This document shows, piece after piece, positions 27,449-37,562 of a stretch of DNA of 64,000 bases (its first letter is position 1; each line of letters starts with the position of its first letter). Made by a program: the position numbers and the translations under genes. Under the pieces are notes generated by a model, which worked only from the letters and a program-made list of their open reading frames with translations, did not search any database and was not told the origin of the DNA. The stretch is taken from assembly GCA_049510395.1 (NCBI GenBank), contig JBEKYY010000012.1, positions 7,530-71,529 on the forward strand. Direction: 5' to 3'. Source of the stretch: Verrucomicrobiota bacterium. GTDB taxonomy: Bacteria; Verrucomicrobiota; Verrucomicrobiia; Limisphaerales; UBA11358.

Positions 27449-27868
27449 ATGCTGCCGAACGCGTTCATAGACAAACCGAAGAAGCCCACCGCGGCGGAAT
27501 TGACCGCGGCCTTGGGACCGGCCAAAGCGCTCTGGGACCAACTGCTGACCGGGTTGGCCGACGAACACAATCTGACCGTCCAGGAGTGGAATTCTTACTC
27601 ACGCAAAGCCGGCTGGTCACTGCGGCTGAAGCTCAAAGACCGGAATATTCTGTACCTCACTCCATGCCGGGGATGCTTTTTCGTGTCTTTCGCCCTCGGC
27701 GACAAGGCGGTGGAGGCGGCGCGGCAAAGCCGCCTTCCTCCAAGCGTGATTAAAACCATCAACGAAGCCAAACGGTATGCCGAAGGGACCGGCGTCCGGA
27801 TGGAAATGAAGAAACCAAAAGACATCGAGATTGCGAAACAACTGGCCGCCATCAAGCTGGCCCATTAA
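27449..27868 (+). CDS. DUF3788-like protein
   Basis: 139 aa. KPTAAELTAALGPAKALWDQL...EWNSYSRKAGWSLRLK..RNILYLTPCRGCFFVSFALG...INEAKRYAEG matches my memory of the DUF3788 pattern. Not HMM-verified. Confidence 0.65.
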   Translation: MLPNAFIDKPKKPTAAELTAALGPAKALWDQLLTGLADEHNLTVQEWNSYSRKAGWSLRLKLKDRNILYLTPCRGCFFVSFALGDKAVEAARQSRLPPSVIKTINEAKRYAEGTGVRMEMKKPKDIEIAKQLAAIKLAH

Positions 27869-27915
27869 GCGGGCGGACAACGGACCTGAACCTTAACTTG
27901 GAAAGAACAAGACTT

Positions 27916-29196
27916 ATGACTGACACAGCGAGAATTACCAAACCGCCCACGGCGAACCGCGGCTGGCTCGTCACGTTTGCGGGCATGGGCGTCAACCTCG
28001 CCCTCGGCGTGCTCTACTCGTGGAGCGTCGTCAGCAAGGGCATTCCCAAAGAGTGGAACTGGACGGAAGCCGAAAAGTCCCTGCCCTACTCGGTGGCGTG
28101 CCTGGTGTTTTCACTGATCATGGTGCCCGCCGGTCGGATGCAGGACCGCATCGGCCCGCGCATCGTGGCAACGGTCGGCGGCGTGATGGTGGGACTGGGC
28201 ATGATCCTGGCCAGTTTCACGACTTCGCCCATCGGTTACATCCTTGGCTTCGGTCTCCTGGCCGGCGCAGGCATCGGTTGCGGCTACGCCTCGACAACAC
28301 CTCCGGCCGTGAAGTGGTTCGCTGCCGCGCGCACGGGCATGATCGCGGGCCTCGTCGTGGCGGGGTTTGGCCTGGCCAGCGTGTATGTGGCGCCACTGGC
28401 GCAAGCGTTGATCGGCTCCTACGGCGTGCCGACAACCATGCTGGCGTTGGGCATCGGTTTCCTTGTGGTGGTGGTGGGATTATCGCAACTCCTGATGCCA
28501 CCGCCCAAAGGATACATCCCGGCGGGCACGGTCCCGCCAGCACCCGGCGCGGCCGCCAAACGCAGCGATTTCACACCCGGCGAAGTGCTCAAGACATGGC
28601 AGTTCTATGTGCTGTGGTTTATGTATGTCTGCGGCGCCGGCGCGGGGCTGATGATCATTTCCAAACTGGCAAAAATCGTCGATGTCCAGGCCGGTCTGAA
28701 GCTGGGCTTCGTGCTGGTCGCGGTCCTGGCCGTGGGCAATGGCGGCGGACGCATCATCGCCGGCACCTTGTCCGACAAGATTGGGCGCAAGGCGACCCTG
28801 TTCATCTGTTTCGTCCTGCAGGCAATTCTGATCATGCTGCTGTCGCAAGCCACGACGGGCAGCGTGCTGGGAACAACGCCAGCCCTCGTGGTGCTGTCCG
28901 CCCTGATCGGCGCGAACTATGGAGCCAACCTTGCGCTGTTCCCGTCAGTCACGAAGGACTACTACGGTTTGAAAAACTTCGGCGTGAACTATGGGCTGGT
29001 CTTCACTGCGTGGGGTCTGGGCGGCTTCATGCTTTCGCTGCTCGCCGGCAAGGTCTATGACCAGACGCAGACTTTCACTTTCGCCTACTATTGTTCGGCC
29101 GTGCTCCTCGTCGCGGCAGCCGCAGTGACGTTCCTGGTCAAGCCGCCGCCGCCGAAAAGCGGCGCGGACGTGCCGGAACCGGTGCCGGCAAAATAA
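27916..29196 (+). CDS. MFS transporter, oxalate/formate antiporter (OFA)-like family
   Basis: ATG at 27916 (the ORF track starts at the TTG at 27898). About 12 hydrophobic segments. GWLVTFAGMGVNLALGVLYSWSV and the GGRIIAGTLSDKIGRK loop are typical of OFA/L-lactate-type MFS proteins. Confidence 0.8.
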   Translation: MTDTARITKPPTANRGWLVTFAGMGVNLALGVLYSWSVVSKGIPKEWNWTEAEKSLPYSVACLVFSLIMVPAGRMQDRIGPRIVATVGGVMVGLGMILASFTTSPIGYILGFGLLAGAGIGCGYASTTPPAVKWFAAARTGMIAGLVVAGFGLASVYVAPLAQALIGSYGVPTTMLALGIGFLVVVVGLSQLLMPPPKGYIPAGTVPPAPGAAAKRSDFTPGEVLKTWQFYVLWFMYVCGAGAGLMIISKLAKIVDVQAGLKLGFVLVAVLAVGNGGGRIIAGTLSDKIGRKATLFICFVLQAILIMLLSQATTGSVLGTTPALVVLSALIGANYGANLALFPSVTKDYYGLKNFGVNYGLVFTAWGLGGFMLSLLAGKVYDQTQTFTFAYYCSAVLLVAAAAVTFLVKPPPPKSGADVPEPVPAK

Positions 29197-29502
29197 ACAA
29201 CGGCATCGGATTTTTTTCATCACCGACAAAATCGCCTAGAAACATCAATTTACCAGACGGGAGGGCCGTGCTGTTGCGCGGCCAGCATGCCCGGCTCTCT
29301 GCCAAGGAGCCGTTACTGGATTCATCACGGCGGATAATCCATGCGTTGACAATAATTAAAATCTTGACTCAATCCCGCAATTTTGATTGAGTGCAAAACG
29401 GAGCGTATGTCGAGATTGGGACGACACCCGCCGCGCTGACAGCTCTACGCTCGGTGCCGTGCTGCCATGATAATGATGACAGCAATCAAATGCGGCAAAA
29501 AT

Positions 29503-31629
29503 ATGAAAGTTCAGAATTCCTTTTCGACCACCACCAACCCGAACACACTGGCCGGGCGTTTAAGAAGCGACTGTGTCGCGAGACTATTGCCGTTGTTGCT
29601 ACTCCTGGCGCTGCCCGCTGCGGTGCAAGCCCAATACGATACCATGTACACCGGGGGCTCGGTCATGATCGTCAGGTACAACGGTGCTGGCGGTAATGTG
29701 ATCATCCCCCGCACTATCGGTGGCCTGCCGGTCACCAGCATCGGAGGCGGGGCGTTCTCTGGCTGCACCAACCTGACCAGCGTCACGATCCCCAACAGCG
29801 TCACAAGAATTTTGGGCACGCCATTCTCAGGCTGCACCAGCCTGACCGCAATAACAATGGAGTCCAATGACTACTTTAGCAGTATGGATGGGGTCTTGTT
29901 CAATCGTTACAAGACCACTCTCATCGAATGTCCTGGGGGCAAAGCCGGAAGCTACACAGTCCCCGACAGCGTCACCAACATCGGGAGCTATGCGTTCTCT
30001 TACTGCACCAGCCTGACCAGCGTCACGATTGGAACCAACGTCATCAGTATCGGGAGCTGTGCGTTCTCTTGCTGCACCAGCCTGACCGCGATAACAGCAG
30101 ATGCGTCCAACCCCTTCTACAGCAGCGTGGATGGCGTCTTGTTCGACAAAAGCCAGAACACGCTTTGTGCATACCCTGGGGGCAAAGCCGGAGGCTACAC
30201 AATCCCCAGCAGCGTCACCAGCATCGAAGGCGGGGCGTTCTCAGGCTGTACCAGCCTGACCAACGTCACGATTCCCGACAGCTTTACCAGTATAGGGGAT
30301 GCCGCGTTCTATTCCTGCTACGGCCTGACCAGCGTCACGATTCCCGACAGCGTTACCAGCATCGGGTCCTCTGCGTTTTATTTCTGTACCAGCCTGACCT
30401 ATGTCATGATCCCCGACAGCGTCACTAGCATCGGGGACGATGCGTTCGAGTCCTGCATCAGCCTGACCAGCGTCATGATCGGCAACAGCGTCACTAGCAT
30501 CGGGGACTATGCGTTCTATTACTGCACCAGCCTGACCAGCGTCACGATCCCCAACAGTGTCATCAACATCGGATGGTATGCGTTCCAATCCTGTACCAGC
30601 CTGACCAACGTCACGATCCCCGACAGCGTCACCAGCATCGGGTCCGAGACGTTCTATCGCTGCACCAGCCTGACGAGCGTCACAATCCCCAACAGTGTCA
30701 CCAACATCGGGTACGACGCGTTCTTTTACTGCACCAGCCTGACAGCGATAACTTTGGATATAAACAATCCCGCCTATAGCAGCGTGGATGGCGTCTTGTT
30801 CGACAAAAGCCAGAACACGCTTTGTGCATACCCAGAGGGCAAAGCCGGTGGCTACACGATCCCCGACAGCGTCACTAGCATCGGGGGCTATGCGTTCTAT
30901 TACTGCACCAGCCTGACCAACGTCACGATCCCCGACAGCGTTACCAACATCGGGGACTATGCGTTCTCTTCCTGCACTAGCCTGATGAGCGTCACGATCC
31001 CCGACAGTGTCGCTAGCATCGGGGACCATGCGTTCTATTACTGCACCAACCTGATGAGTGTCACGATCCCCGACAGCGTCACGAGCATCGGGGGCCATGC
31101 ATTCTCTTGCTGCACCAGCCTGATGAGCGTCACGATCCCCGACAGCGTCACCAGCATCGGGGACTGGGCATTCTGGTCCTGCTCCAGCCTGACCAACATC
31201 ACGATCCCCGGCAGCGTCACCAGCATTGGAGACCAGGCGTTCTATCACTGCACCAGTCTGACCAGCGTCTATTTCCGAGGTGACGCCCCCAGCCTCGGTT
31301 CGTCTGTGTTCGACAGTGACAACAATGCGACCGTCTATTACTTGCCGGGGACTACGGGATGGGGCACGACATTTGCCGGTCTTCCGACGGTGCTGTGGAA
31401 GCCGCAGGTGCAGACCACCGATGCCAGCTTCGGCGTGAGGACCAATCAATTTGGTTTTAATATCAACTGGGCCAGTGGCCAAATTGTCGTGGTGGAAGCC
31501 TGCACGGATTTGGCCAATCCCCTCTGGTCTCCAGTGGGAACCAATACGCTGACCAGCGGCTCGTCCTATTTCAGCGATCCAGACTGGACGAATTATCCCA
31601 GCCGTTTCTACCGCCTCCGCTCGCCGTGA
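29503..31629 (+). CDS. Secreted BspA-type leucine-rich repeat (LRR_5) protein, paralogue 1
   Basis: Start MKVQNSFSTT with signal peptide LLLLLALPAAVQAQ. More than 20 repeats of the form SVTIP(D/N)SVTSIGxxAFxxCTSLT. Conserved C-terminal module ...VYYLPGTTGWGTTFAGLPTVLWKPQVQTTDASFGVRTNQFGFNI...FYRLRSP. Confidence 0.85.
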   Translation: MKVQNSFSTTTNPNTLAGRLRSDCVARLLPLLLLLALPAAVQAQYDTMYTGGSVMIVRYNGAGGNVIIPRTIGGLPVTSIGGGAFSGCTNLTSVTIPNSVTRILGTPFSGCTSLTAITMESNDYFSSMDGVLFNRYKTTLIECPGGKAGSYTVPDSVTNIGSYAFSYCTSLTSVTIGTNVISIGSCAFSCCTSLTAITADASNPFYSSVDGVLFDKSQNTLCAYPGGKAGGYTIPSSVTSIEGGAFSGCTSLTNVTIPDSFTSIGDAAFYSCYGLTSVTIPDSVTSIGSSAFYFCTSLTYVMIPDSVTSIGDDAFESCISLTSVMIGNSVTSIGDYAFYYCTSLTSVTIPNSVINIGWYAFQSCTSLTNVTIPDSVTSIGSETFYRCTSLTSVTIPNSVTNIGYDAFFYCTSLTAITLDINNPAYSSVDGVLFDKSQNTLCAYPEGKAGGYTIPDSVTSIGGYAFYYCTSLTNVTIPDSVTNIGDYAFSSCTSLMSVTIPDSVASIGDHAFYYCTNLMSVTIPDSVTSIGGHAFSCCTSLMSVTIPDSVTSIGDWAFWSCSSLTNITIPGSVTSIGDQAFYHCTSLTSVYFRGDAPSLGSSVFDSDNNATVYYLPGTTGWGTTFAGLPTVLWKPQVQTTDASFGVRTNQFGFNINWASGQIVVVEACTDLANPLWSPVGTNTLTSGSSYFSDPDWTNYPSRFYRLRSP

Positions 31630-31656
31630 GGCGCGAGCGTGCGTAATGAAAACTTT

Positions 31657-31745
31657 GGAACAGAAGCAAACTCCGATGAATCGCGAGCAGGCGAAGGGAA
31701 CGAAGGGGGTCACTTTGTTTCCTTCGTTATCTTCCGTAGAAATCC
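31657..31745 (+). repeat. Hairpin-containing repeat downstream of LRR genes, copy 1
   Basis: GGAACAGAAGCAAACTCCGATGAATCGCGAGCAGGCGAAGGGAACGAAG...CTTTGTTTCCTTCGTTATCTTCCGTAGAAATCC. About 85% identical copy at 62913..63004. Confidence 0.6.
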
Positions 31746-32211
31746 CGGTGCGTTCCGACCTTTCGTGTCATTTGTGTATTTCGTGGTTTAATTCTCTGCC
31801 GCCACTCCAGGGCTTGTAAATTTTCCCGGGGATGTTATTCCCGGGGCGTTGCCCCGGGCTATTTTCTGTCAGCCTTGCAGGCTTACAATTGGTGCGAATT
31901 CGTGCAATTCGCGTAAAGACTTTTGGGGCTAGTAGTCTGCGTGGGCGGGCATTCCCAGACCTCGGATCGAGGACGAGGACCCGCCTTCGCCCGGCTACGG
32001 CGGGCAGGCGAGGACGAGGACGAGGACGAAAATGAGTGGGGGGAAGCAACGAATGGTGCTTCTTTGGCAAAAAAGGTGAGGGTGTCCGGGCGGCGTTAAT
32101 TTAACCTGATTTAAGTGTCGTCGGTCGCCGGAGAAGCTCTTATGAGCGGACCGGCGTGATGGCCATTTTCGATGTCGCAGTGATGTTAGATTTGTTACAT
32201 TTTTCTCAAAT

Positions 32212-35200
32212 ATGAGCACAAGACCCAAACTTACCGTTGATGCCAATGAAGGCGTCGCCAACGTAGCCTACCGCCTGAACGAGGTGATGGCCATTTATCC
32301 CATCACACCGTCATCGCCGATGGCCGAGTTTTGCGATCAATGGGCGTCCGAGAACCGAAAAAACCTCTGGGGCACCATCCCCTCGATCGTGGAGTTGCAG
32401 AGCGAAGGCGGCGCGGTGGGCAGCGTGCACGGCGCGTTGCAGACCGGCTCGCTCGCCACCACGTTCACGGCGTCGCAGGGCCTGCTGCTGATGATTCCCA
32501 ACATGTTCAAAATCGCGGGTGAACTCGAGCCTGCCGTTTTCCATGTGACCGCCCGCACGCTGGCCACCCATGCGCTCTCGATTTTCGGCGATCACAGCGA
32601 CGTGATGTCGGTGCGTTCGACGGGCTGGGGCATGCTGGCGTCGGCGAGTGTGCAGGAGGCCGTGGATTTCGCGCTCATCGCACAGGCGGCCACGCTGCGC
32701 TCGCGGATTCCGTTCGTGCATTTCTTCGACGGCTTCCGCACCTCGCACGAGGTGCAGAAGATTGAGATGCTGACCGACGACGACCTGCGGGCGTTGATTG
32801 ACGACAAGTTGATTGCCGGACTTCGCGCGCGGGCGATGTCGCCGGATCGGCCGGTGCTGCGCGGCACGGCGCAAAATCCCGATGCCTTCTTCCAGGGCCG
32901 CGAGGCGTGCAACAAGTTTTACACGGCCTGCCCGCAAATCGTGCAGGACGTCATGGATCAATTCGCGAAGGTGGTGGGCCGCGCCTACAAATTGTTCGAT
33001 TACGTCGGCGCGCCGGATGCCGAGCGCGTGGTCGTGTTGATGGGTTCCGGTTGCGAGGCGGCGCATGAAACAGTGGATTATCTCGTGAAAAAGGGCGAGA
33101 AAGTCGGCGTGCTGAAAGTGCGGTTGTACCGGCCTTTTGACACGTGCAAATTCGTCGAGGCATTGCCGGCCAGCGTGAAGTCCATCGCGGTTCTGGATCG
33201 CACCAAGGAGCCGGGCGCGACGGGCGAACCGCTTTATCAGGACGCCGTCACCGCGCTGGCGGAAGGATTGATGAACGGCATCGGCAAGCTGAAGGCGATG
33301 CCGAAAGTGGTCGGCGGACGATACGGTTTGTCGTCCAAGGAATTCACACCGGCGATGGTCAAGGCGGTGTTCGACAATCTCAAGGAGAAGCAGCCGAAAA
33401 GTCATTTCACCGTGGGCATCACCGACGACGTTTCCCACACCAGCCTGCCGGTGGATGCGGAATTTTCGACCGAACCGGACAATGTGATTCGTGCGATGTT
33501 TTACGGCTTGGGCGCGGACGGCACGGTGGGCGCGAACAAGAATTCCATCAAGATCATCGGCGAAGGCACGGAAAATTTTGCGCAGGGCTACTTCGTCTAT
33601 GATTCCAAGAAATCCGGCAGCATGACGGTGTCGCACCTGCGTTTCGGGCCGGAGCCGATCCGCTCCACCTATCTCGTCAGCCGCGCGAATTTCGTGGCGT
33701 GCCATCTGCCGACGTTCCTGGAGAAATTCGACATGGTGAAGCCGCTGATTCCCGGCGGCACGTTCCTGCTCAACACGCCCTATTCGAAGGACGAAATCTG
33801 GGCCAAGCTGCCGACGCCGTTGCAGGAGCAGCTCATCGCCAAGAAAGCAAAGTTTTTCGTGATTGACGCGACGAAGGTGGCGCGCGACAGCGGCATGGGC
33901 GGACGCATCAACACCATCATGCAGGTTTGTTTCTTCGCGTTGTCCGGTGTGCTCCCCCGCGACAAGGCCATCGAGTCTATCAAGTATTCCATCAAGAAGA
34001 CCTACGGCAAAAAAGGCGAGGAAGTCGTGGCCATGAACCTCAAGGCGGTGGACAACACGCTGGAGCATTTGCACGAAGTGCCGGTGACCAGCCGCGTGAA
34101 CGGCAGCGGCGGGTTGTTGCCGCCGGTCACGCCCAACGCGCCGCAATTCGTGAAGGACGTCCTGGGCCGGCTCACCGCCGGCGAGGGCGACGACCTGCCC
34201 GTGAGCGCGTTTCCGGTGGACGGCACGTTCCCGACCGGCACGGCGCAATACGAGAAGCGCAACCTCGCGCTGGACATTCCGGTTTGGGACGAGAAGGTTT
34301 GCATCCAATGCCTGAAGTGCGTGGCGATTTGTCCGCACGCGACGATCCGGGCGAAAGTTTATGAACTGGCGGCGCTCAAAGGCGCGCCGGCAACGTTCAA
34401 GAGCGTGGACTCCCGAGTCCCCGACTTCAAAGGGTTGAAATTCACGCTGCAAATCGCCGCCGAGGATTGCACCGGCTGCGCGCTGTGCGTGGATGTTTGC
34501 CCCGCGCGCAACAAGGCCGAGGCCAAGCTCAAGGCCATCAACATGCGTCCGCAGGCGCCGTTGCGCACGCAGGAACGGGACAACTGGAATTTCTTCATCG
34601 CCTTGCCCGAGTTCGACCGGCGCAAACTCAAGGTCACGCAGCTCCGCCAGCAACAATTCATGCGGCCGTTGTTCGAGTTCAGCGGCGCGTGCGCGGGCTG
34701 CGGCGAGACGCCCTACATCAAGATGCTCACACAGCTTTTCGGCGACCGCGCCATCATCGGCAACGCCACCGGCTGCTCCTCGATTTACGGCGGCAACCTA
34801 CCGACCACACCTTACGCCATGGACAAATCCGGCCGCGGCCCGACGTGGAACAATTCGCTCTTCGAGGATGCCGCCGAGTTCGGCCTCGGCTTCCGCGTTT
34901 CGCTTGACAAGCAAAAGGAATTCGCAGTGGAACTGGTGAAGAAACTCGCGCCGCAACTGGGCGACGACCTCGTGAGCGGCATCGTCAACGCCGTTCAGAC
35001 TGATGAAACCGGGATTTACGAACAGCGCGAGCGCGTGGCCGCCTTGAAGCAGAAGCTGGCCAGGCTGGACGCTCCCGAGGCGAAACTGCTGCTGCCCCTC
35101 GCCGACACGCTCGTCAAAAAGAGCGTGTGGATTCTGGGCGGCGACGGCTGGGCCTACGACATCGGCTACGGCGGCCTGGACCACGTGCTGGCGAGCGGGC

Positions 35201-35832
35201 GCGACGTGAACGTGCTCGTGCTTGACACCGAGGTGTATTCCAACACCGGCGGACAGATGTCCAAGAGCACGCCGCGCGGCGCGGTGGCCAAGTTTGCCGC
35301 CGGCGGCAAACCGATGTGCAAGAAAGACCTCGGCCTGATCGCGATGACCTACGGCAATATTTACGTGGCCAGCGTCGCAATGGGCGCGAAGGACGAGCAG
35401 GCGCTGCGCGCGTTTGTGGAGGCGGAATCGTATCCCGGCCCGTCGCTCATCATCGCTTACAGCCATTGCATTGCGCACGGCATCGCGGTGGACATGGGCG
35501 TGGGCGCGCGCCAGCAGAAGCTCGCGGTGGAATCCGGCCAGTGGCTGTTGTATCGCTTTGACCCGAGACGGGCCGCAGCGGGCGAGAATCCGCTTCAGTT
35601 GGATTCACAGGCGGCGAAAACCAAACTGCAGGATTATTTGCTCTCGGAAAACCGTTTCAAGATGCTGACGAAGAGCAAACCCGAAGAGGCGAAAAAGCTC
35701 TTCGCCCAGGCCCAGGTGGATGCCGACCACCGTTGGAAATTCTATCATTTTCTGGCGGAACGCGACACCAAGGCCGGCAGTGACCAGCCCGCGTCGCCCC
35801 AGGCCGCGGCCACGGCGGACCAACAACCATGA
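32212..35832 (+). CDS. nifJ: Pyruvate:ferredoxin (flavodoxin) oxidoreductase, single-polypeptide type
   Basis: 1206 aa. N-terminus DANEGVANVAYRLNEVMAIYPITPSSPMAE, ferredoxin domain CIQCLKCVAICPHA / CTGCALCVDVCP, and TPP domain GGDGWAYDIGYGGLDHV. Confidence 0.95.
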   Translation: MSTRPKLTVDANEGVANVAYRLNEVMAIYPITPSSPMAEFCDQWASENRKNLWGTIPSIVELQSEGGAVGSVHGALQTGSLATTFTASQGLLLMIPNMFKIAGELEPAVFHVTARTLATHALSIFGDHSDVMSVRSTGWGMLASASVQEAVDFALIAQAATLRSRIPFVHFFDGFRTSHEVQKIEMLTDDDLRALIDDKLIAGLRARAMSPDRPVLRGTAQNPDAFFQGREACNKFYTACPQIVQDVMDQFAKVVGRAYKLFDYVGAPDAERVVVLMGSGCEAAHETVDYLVKKGEKVGVLKVRLYRPFDTCKFVEALPASVKSIAVLDRTKEPGATGEPLYQDAVTALAEGLMNGIGKLKAMPKVVGGRYGLSSKEFTPAMVKAVFDNLKEKQPKSHFTVGITDDVSHTSLPVDAEFSTEPDNVIRAMFYGLGADGTVGANKNSIKIIGEGTENFAQGYFVYDSKKSGSMTVSHLRFGPEPIRSTYLVSRANFVACHLPTFLEKFDMVKPLIPGGTFLLNTPYSKDEIWAKLPTPLQEQLIAKKAKFFVIDATKVARDSGMGGRINTIMQVCFFALSGVLPRDKAIESIKYSIKKTYGKKGEEVVAMNLKAVDNTLEHLHEVPVTSRVNGSGGLLPPVTPNAPQFVKDVLGRLTAGEGDDLPVSAFPVDGTFPTGTAQYEKRNLALDIPVWDEKVCIQCLKCVAICPHATIRAKVYELAALKGAPATFKSVDSRVPDFKGLKFTLQIAAEDCTGCALCVDVCPARNKAEAKLKAINMRPQAPLRTQERDNWNFFIALPEFDRRKLKVTQLRQQQFMRPLFEFSGACAGCGETPYIKMLTQLFGDRAIIGNATGCSSIYGGNLPTTPYAMDKSGRGPTWNNSLFEDAAEFGLGFRVSLDKQKEFAVELVKKLAPQLGDDLVSGIVNAVQTDETGIYEQRERVAALKQKLARLDAPEAKLLLPLADTLVKKSVWILGGDGWAYDIGYGGLDHVLASGRDVNVLVLDTEVYSNTGGQMSKSTPRGAVAKFAAGGKPMCKKDLGLIAMTYGNIYVASVAMGAKDEQALRAFVEAESYPGPSLIIAYSHCIAHGIAVDMGVGARQQKLAVESGQWLLYRFDPRRAAAGENPLQLDSQAAKTKLQDYLLSENRFKMLTKSKPEEAKKLFAQAQVDADHRWKFYHFLAERDTKAGSDQPASPQAAATADQQP

Positions 35833-35835
35833 ACC

Positions 35836-35866
35836 ATTGATGATTGATGATTGATGATTGATGATT
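35836..35866. repeat. Heptamer tandem array (ATTGATG)x4, 5' flank of the four-helix-bundle gene
   Basis: Four perfect ATTGATG units at 35836..35863 plus a partial unit. It starts 4 nt after the nifJ stop. Confidence 0.8.
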
Positions 35867-35894
35867 TTTTCACCAGGCCAACGCCGGAGCAAAT

Positions 35895-36251
35895 ATGAGC
35901 CCAATCGAACTGAAAGAAAGGACCATTCAATTCGCCGTCCGGGTCCTCAAATTTGCTGACGCTCTTCCGAATAAACCGTCGGGAAGAACGATTGCTGGTC
36001 AGGTGGCGCGCAGCGGCTGCTCGGTGGCGTCGAATTATCGCGCCGCACTTCGCGGGAAATCGCACGCGGACTTCATCAACAAAATTACCATTGTTCTGGA
36101 AGAAGCTGACGAAACGGATTTTTGGATTGAAATTGCGAAACGAGCGGCACTGGTTTCTTCGAAGCGAGTTGGGAATTTGCAGGCGGAAGCCGTTGAGTTG
36201 ATTAAAATATTCAGCGCCACACGACGGACGGCCCGCAATCATAAATCGTAA
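35895..36251 (+). CDS. Four-helix-bundle protein (23S rRNA intervening-sequence protein / Avd-like family)
   Basis: 118 aa. ERTIQFAVRVLKFADALP...IAGQVARSGCSVASNYRAA.R..S.ADFINKITIVLEEADETDFWIE is the characteristic family pattern. Confidence 0.85.
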   Translation: MSPIELKERTIQFAVRVLKFADALPNKPSGRTIAGQVARSGCSVASNYRAALRGKSHADFINKITIVLEEADETDFWIEIAKRAALVSSKRVGNLQAEAVELIKIFSATRRTARNHKS

Positions 36252-36268
36252 ATCTTAAATCATAAATA
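36234..36268. repeat. Heptamer tandem array (NNAAATC)x5, 3' flank of the four-helix-bundle gene
   Basis: CGCAATC ATAAATC GTAAATC TTAAATC ATAAATA. It overlaps the last codons and the stop of 35895..36251 and ends 1 nt before the next gene's ATG. Confidence 0.7.
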
Positions 36269-36269
36269 T

Positions 36270-37271
36270 ATGCCTATGGACCTGACCACGACTTATCTCG
36301 GTTTGAAACTGCGCACGCCGCTGGTGCCGTCGGCCTCGCCGCTATCGGATGAAATTGACAACATCAAATGCATGGAAGACGCCGGCGCGTCGGCGGTGGT
36401 GCTTTATTCCCTGTTCGAGGAGCAACTGCGCCAGGAGCGCCTGGAGTTGCACCATCACATGGAACACGGCACGTTCAGCTTCCCGGAAGCGCTGACTTAT
36501 TTCCCGGAGCCGGAGGAATATCACCTCGGTCCGGAGGAATATCTCAAACACATTGCCAACGCGAAAAAGTCGGTGAAAATCCCCATCATCGCGAGTTTGA
36601 ACGGCTCGTCGCCCGGCGGCTGGACGCAATATGCCAGGCTGGTTCAACAGGCGGGCGCCGATGCGCTGGAGTTGAACATCTATTACATCCCCACCAACAT
36701 GAACCTGCCCGCCGGGGAGATCGAGCAGACCTATTTTGACATCCTTAAAGCCGTGAAGTCGGAGGTCACGATTCCGGTGGCGGTGAAGCTCAGCCCGTTC
36801 TTCACCAACTTTGCCAACATGGCCAAGCGGCTGAACGAGGCCGGGGCGGATGGGCTGGTGCTGTTCAACCGGTTTTATCAGCCGGACATTGATTTGGACA
36901 CGCTGGAAGTGAAACCCAACATTTTGTTGAGCACGCCCATGGCCATGCGCGTTCCATTGCGCTGGATTGCCATCCTTTACGGTCATCTCAAATGCAGTCT
37001 GGCGGCCACCAGCGGCATCCATCGCGCGCCCGACGTTTTGAAAATGCTCATGGCCGGGGCGGATGTGACGATGCTCTGCTCCACGCTCATCCGGCACGGC
37101 GTCGGGCACATCAAAGTCATCGAGAGCGAACTCGTCGCGTGGATGGAAGAACATGAATACGAATCCGTCACGCAACTCAAGGGCAGCCTGAGCCAGAAAA
37201 ATTGCCCGGCGCCCAGCGCCTTCGAGCGCGCGCAATACATGCGGGCCATCTCAAAATATTCCTTGCCGTAA
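36270..37271 (+). CDS. Dihydroorotate dehydrogenase-like (PyrD-fold, FMN TIM-barrel) protein
   Basis: 333 aa. TTYLGLKLRTPLVPSASPLS, the IIASLNG pattern, ALELNIY, VAVKLSPF and LVLFNRF are typical of the class-1 DHOD fold. It belongs to the DHOD-like clade often found next to PFOR genes. Confidence 0.8.
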   Translation: MPMDLTTTYLGLKLRTPLVPSASPLSDEIDNIKCMEDAGASAVVLYSLFEEQLRQERLELHHHMEHGTFSFPEALTYFPEPEEYHLGPEEYLKHIANAKKSVKIPIIASLNGSSPGGWTQYARLVQQAGADALELNIYYIPTNMNLPAGEIEQTYFDILKAVKSEVTIPVAVKLSPFFTNFANMAKRLNEAGADGLVLFNRFYQPDIDLDTLEVKPNILLSTPMAMRVPLRWIAILYGHLKCSLAATSGIHRAPDVLKMLMAGADVTMLCSTLIRHGVGHIKVIESELVAWMEEHEYESVTQLKGSLSQKNCPAPSAFERAQYMRAISKYSLP

Positions 37272-37562
37272 CGGATTTTCTCAACGCCAAGACGCCAAGC
37301 CCTAAAAGGTAGGGCGCGTCACTCCGTGCGCGCCGCATTCGTTGCCGCGAAAGGGACAAAGTTCAACCACAGATCCCGCAGTGCAGGACCGATTGGAGCG
37401 CCGATTTCCAAATCGGCACGGCCCGCCCCCTTTTTGATCCGCAGATTCCGCAGAGGAACGCAGATTTCTTAACGCAGAGGTGCGGAGAACGCAGAGGCAC
37501 GCAAAGAAGCCATGCGATGCCAAAGCGGCTTTCGTCTTCGCCTATAGCAGTTCATGTGGAAA

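Noticed and set aside
29700-31250. 66-69-nt tandem periodicity as satellite or CRISPR-like DNA (also 57000..62350)
   Set aside because: The periodicity is in frame and encodes 22-23-aa leucine-rich repeats within long ORFs that have signal peptides.
30241-31713. Minus-strand ORFs inside the LRR genes (30241..31713, 57656..58159, 59543..60301, 60869..61516 and others)
   Set aside because: They arise from the periodic GC-rich repeat DNA (peptides such as DAGDAVGDRDAGQAG). The plus strand gives canonical LRR_5 repeats with a signal peptide.
32311-34656. 781-aa minus-strand ORF inside nifJ
   Set aside because: It is an antisense shadow of a clearly recognisable PFOR, with no motifs and a biased composition.
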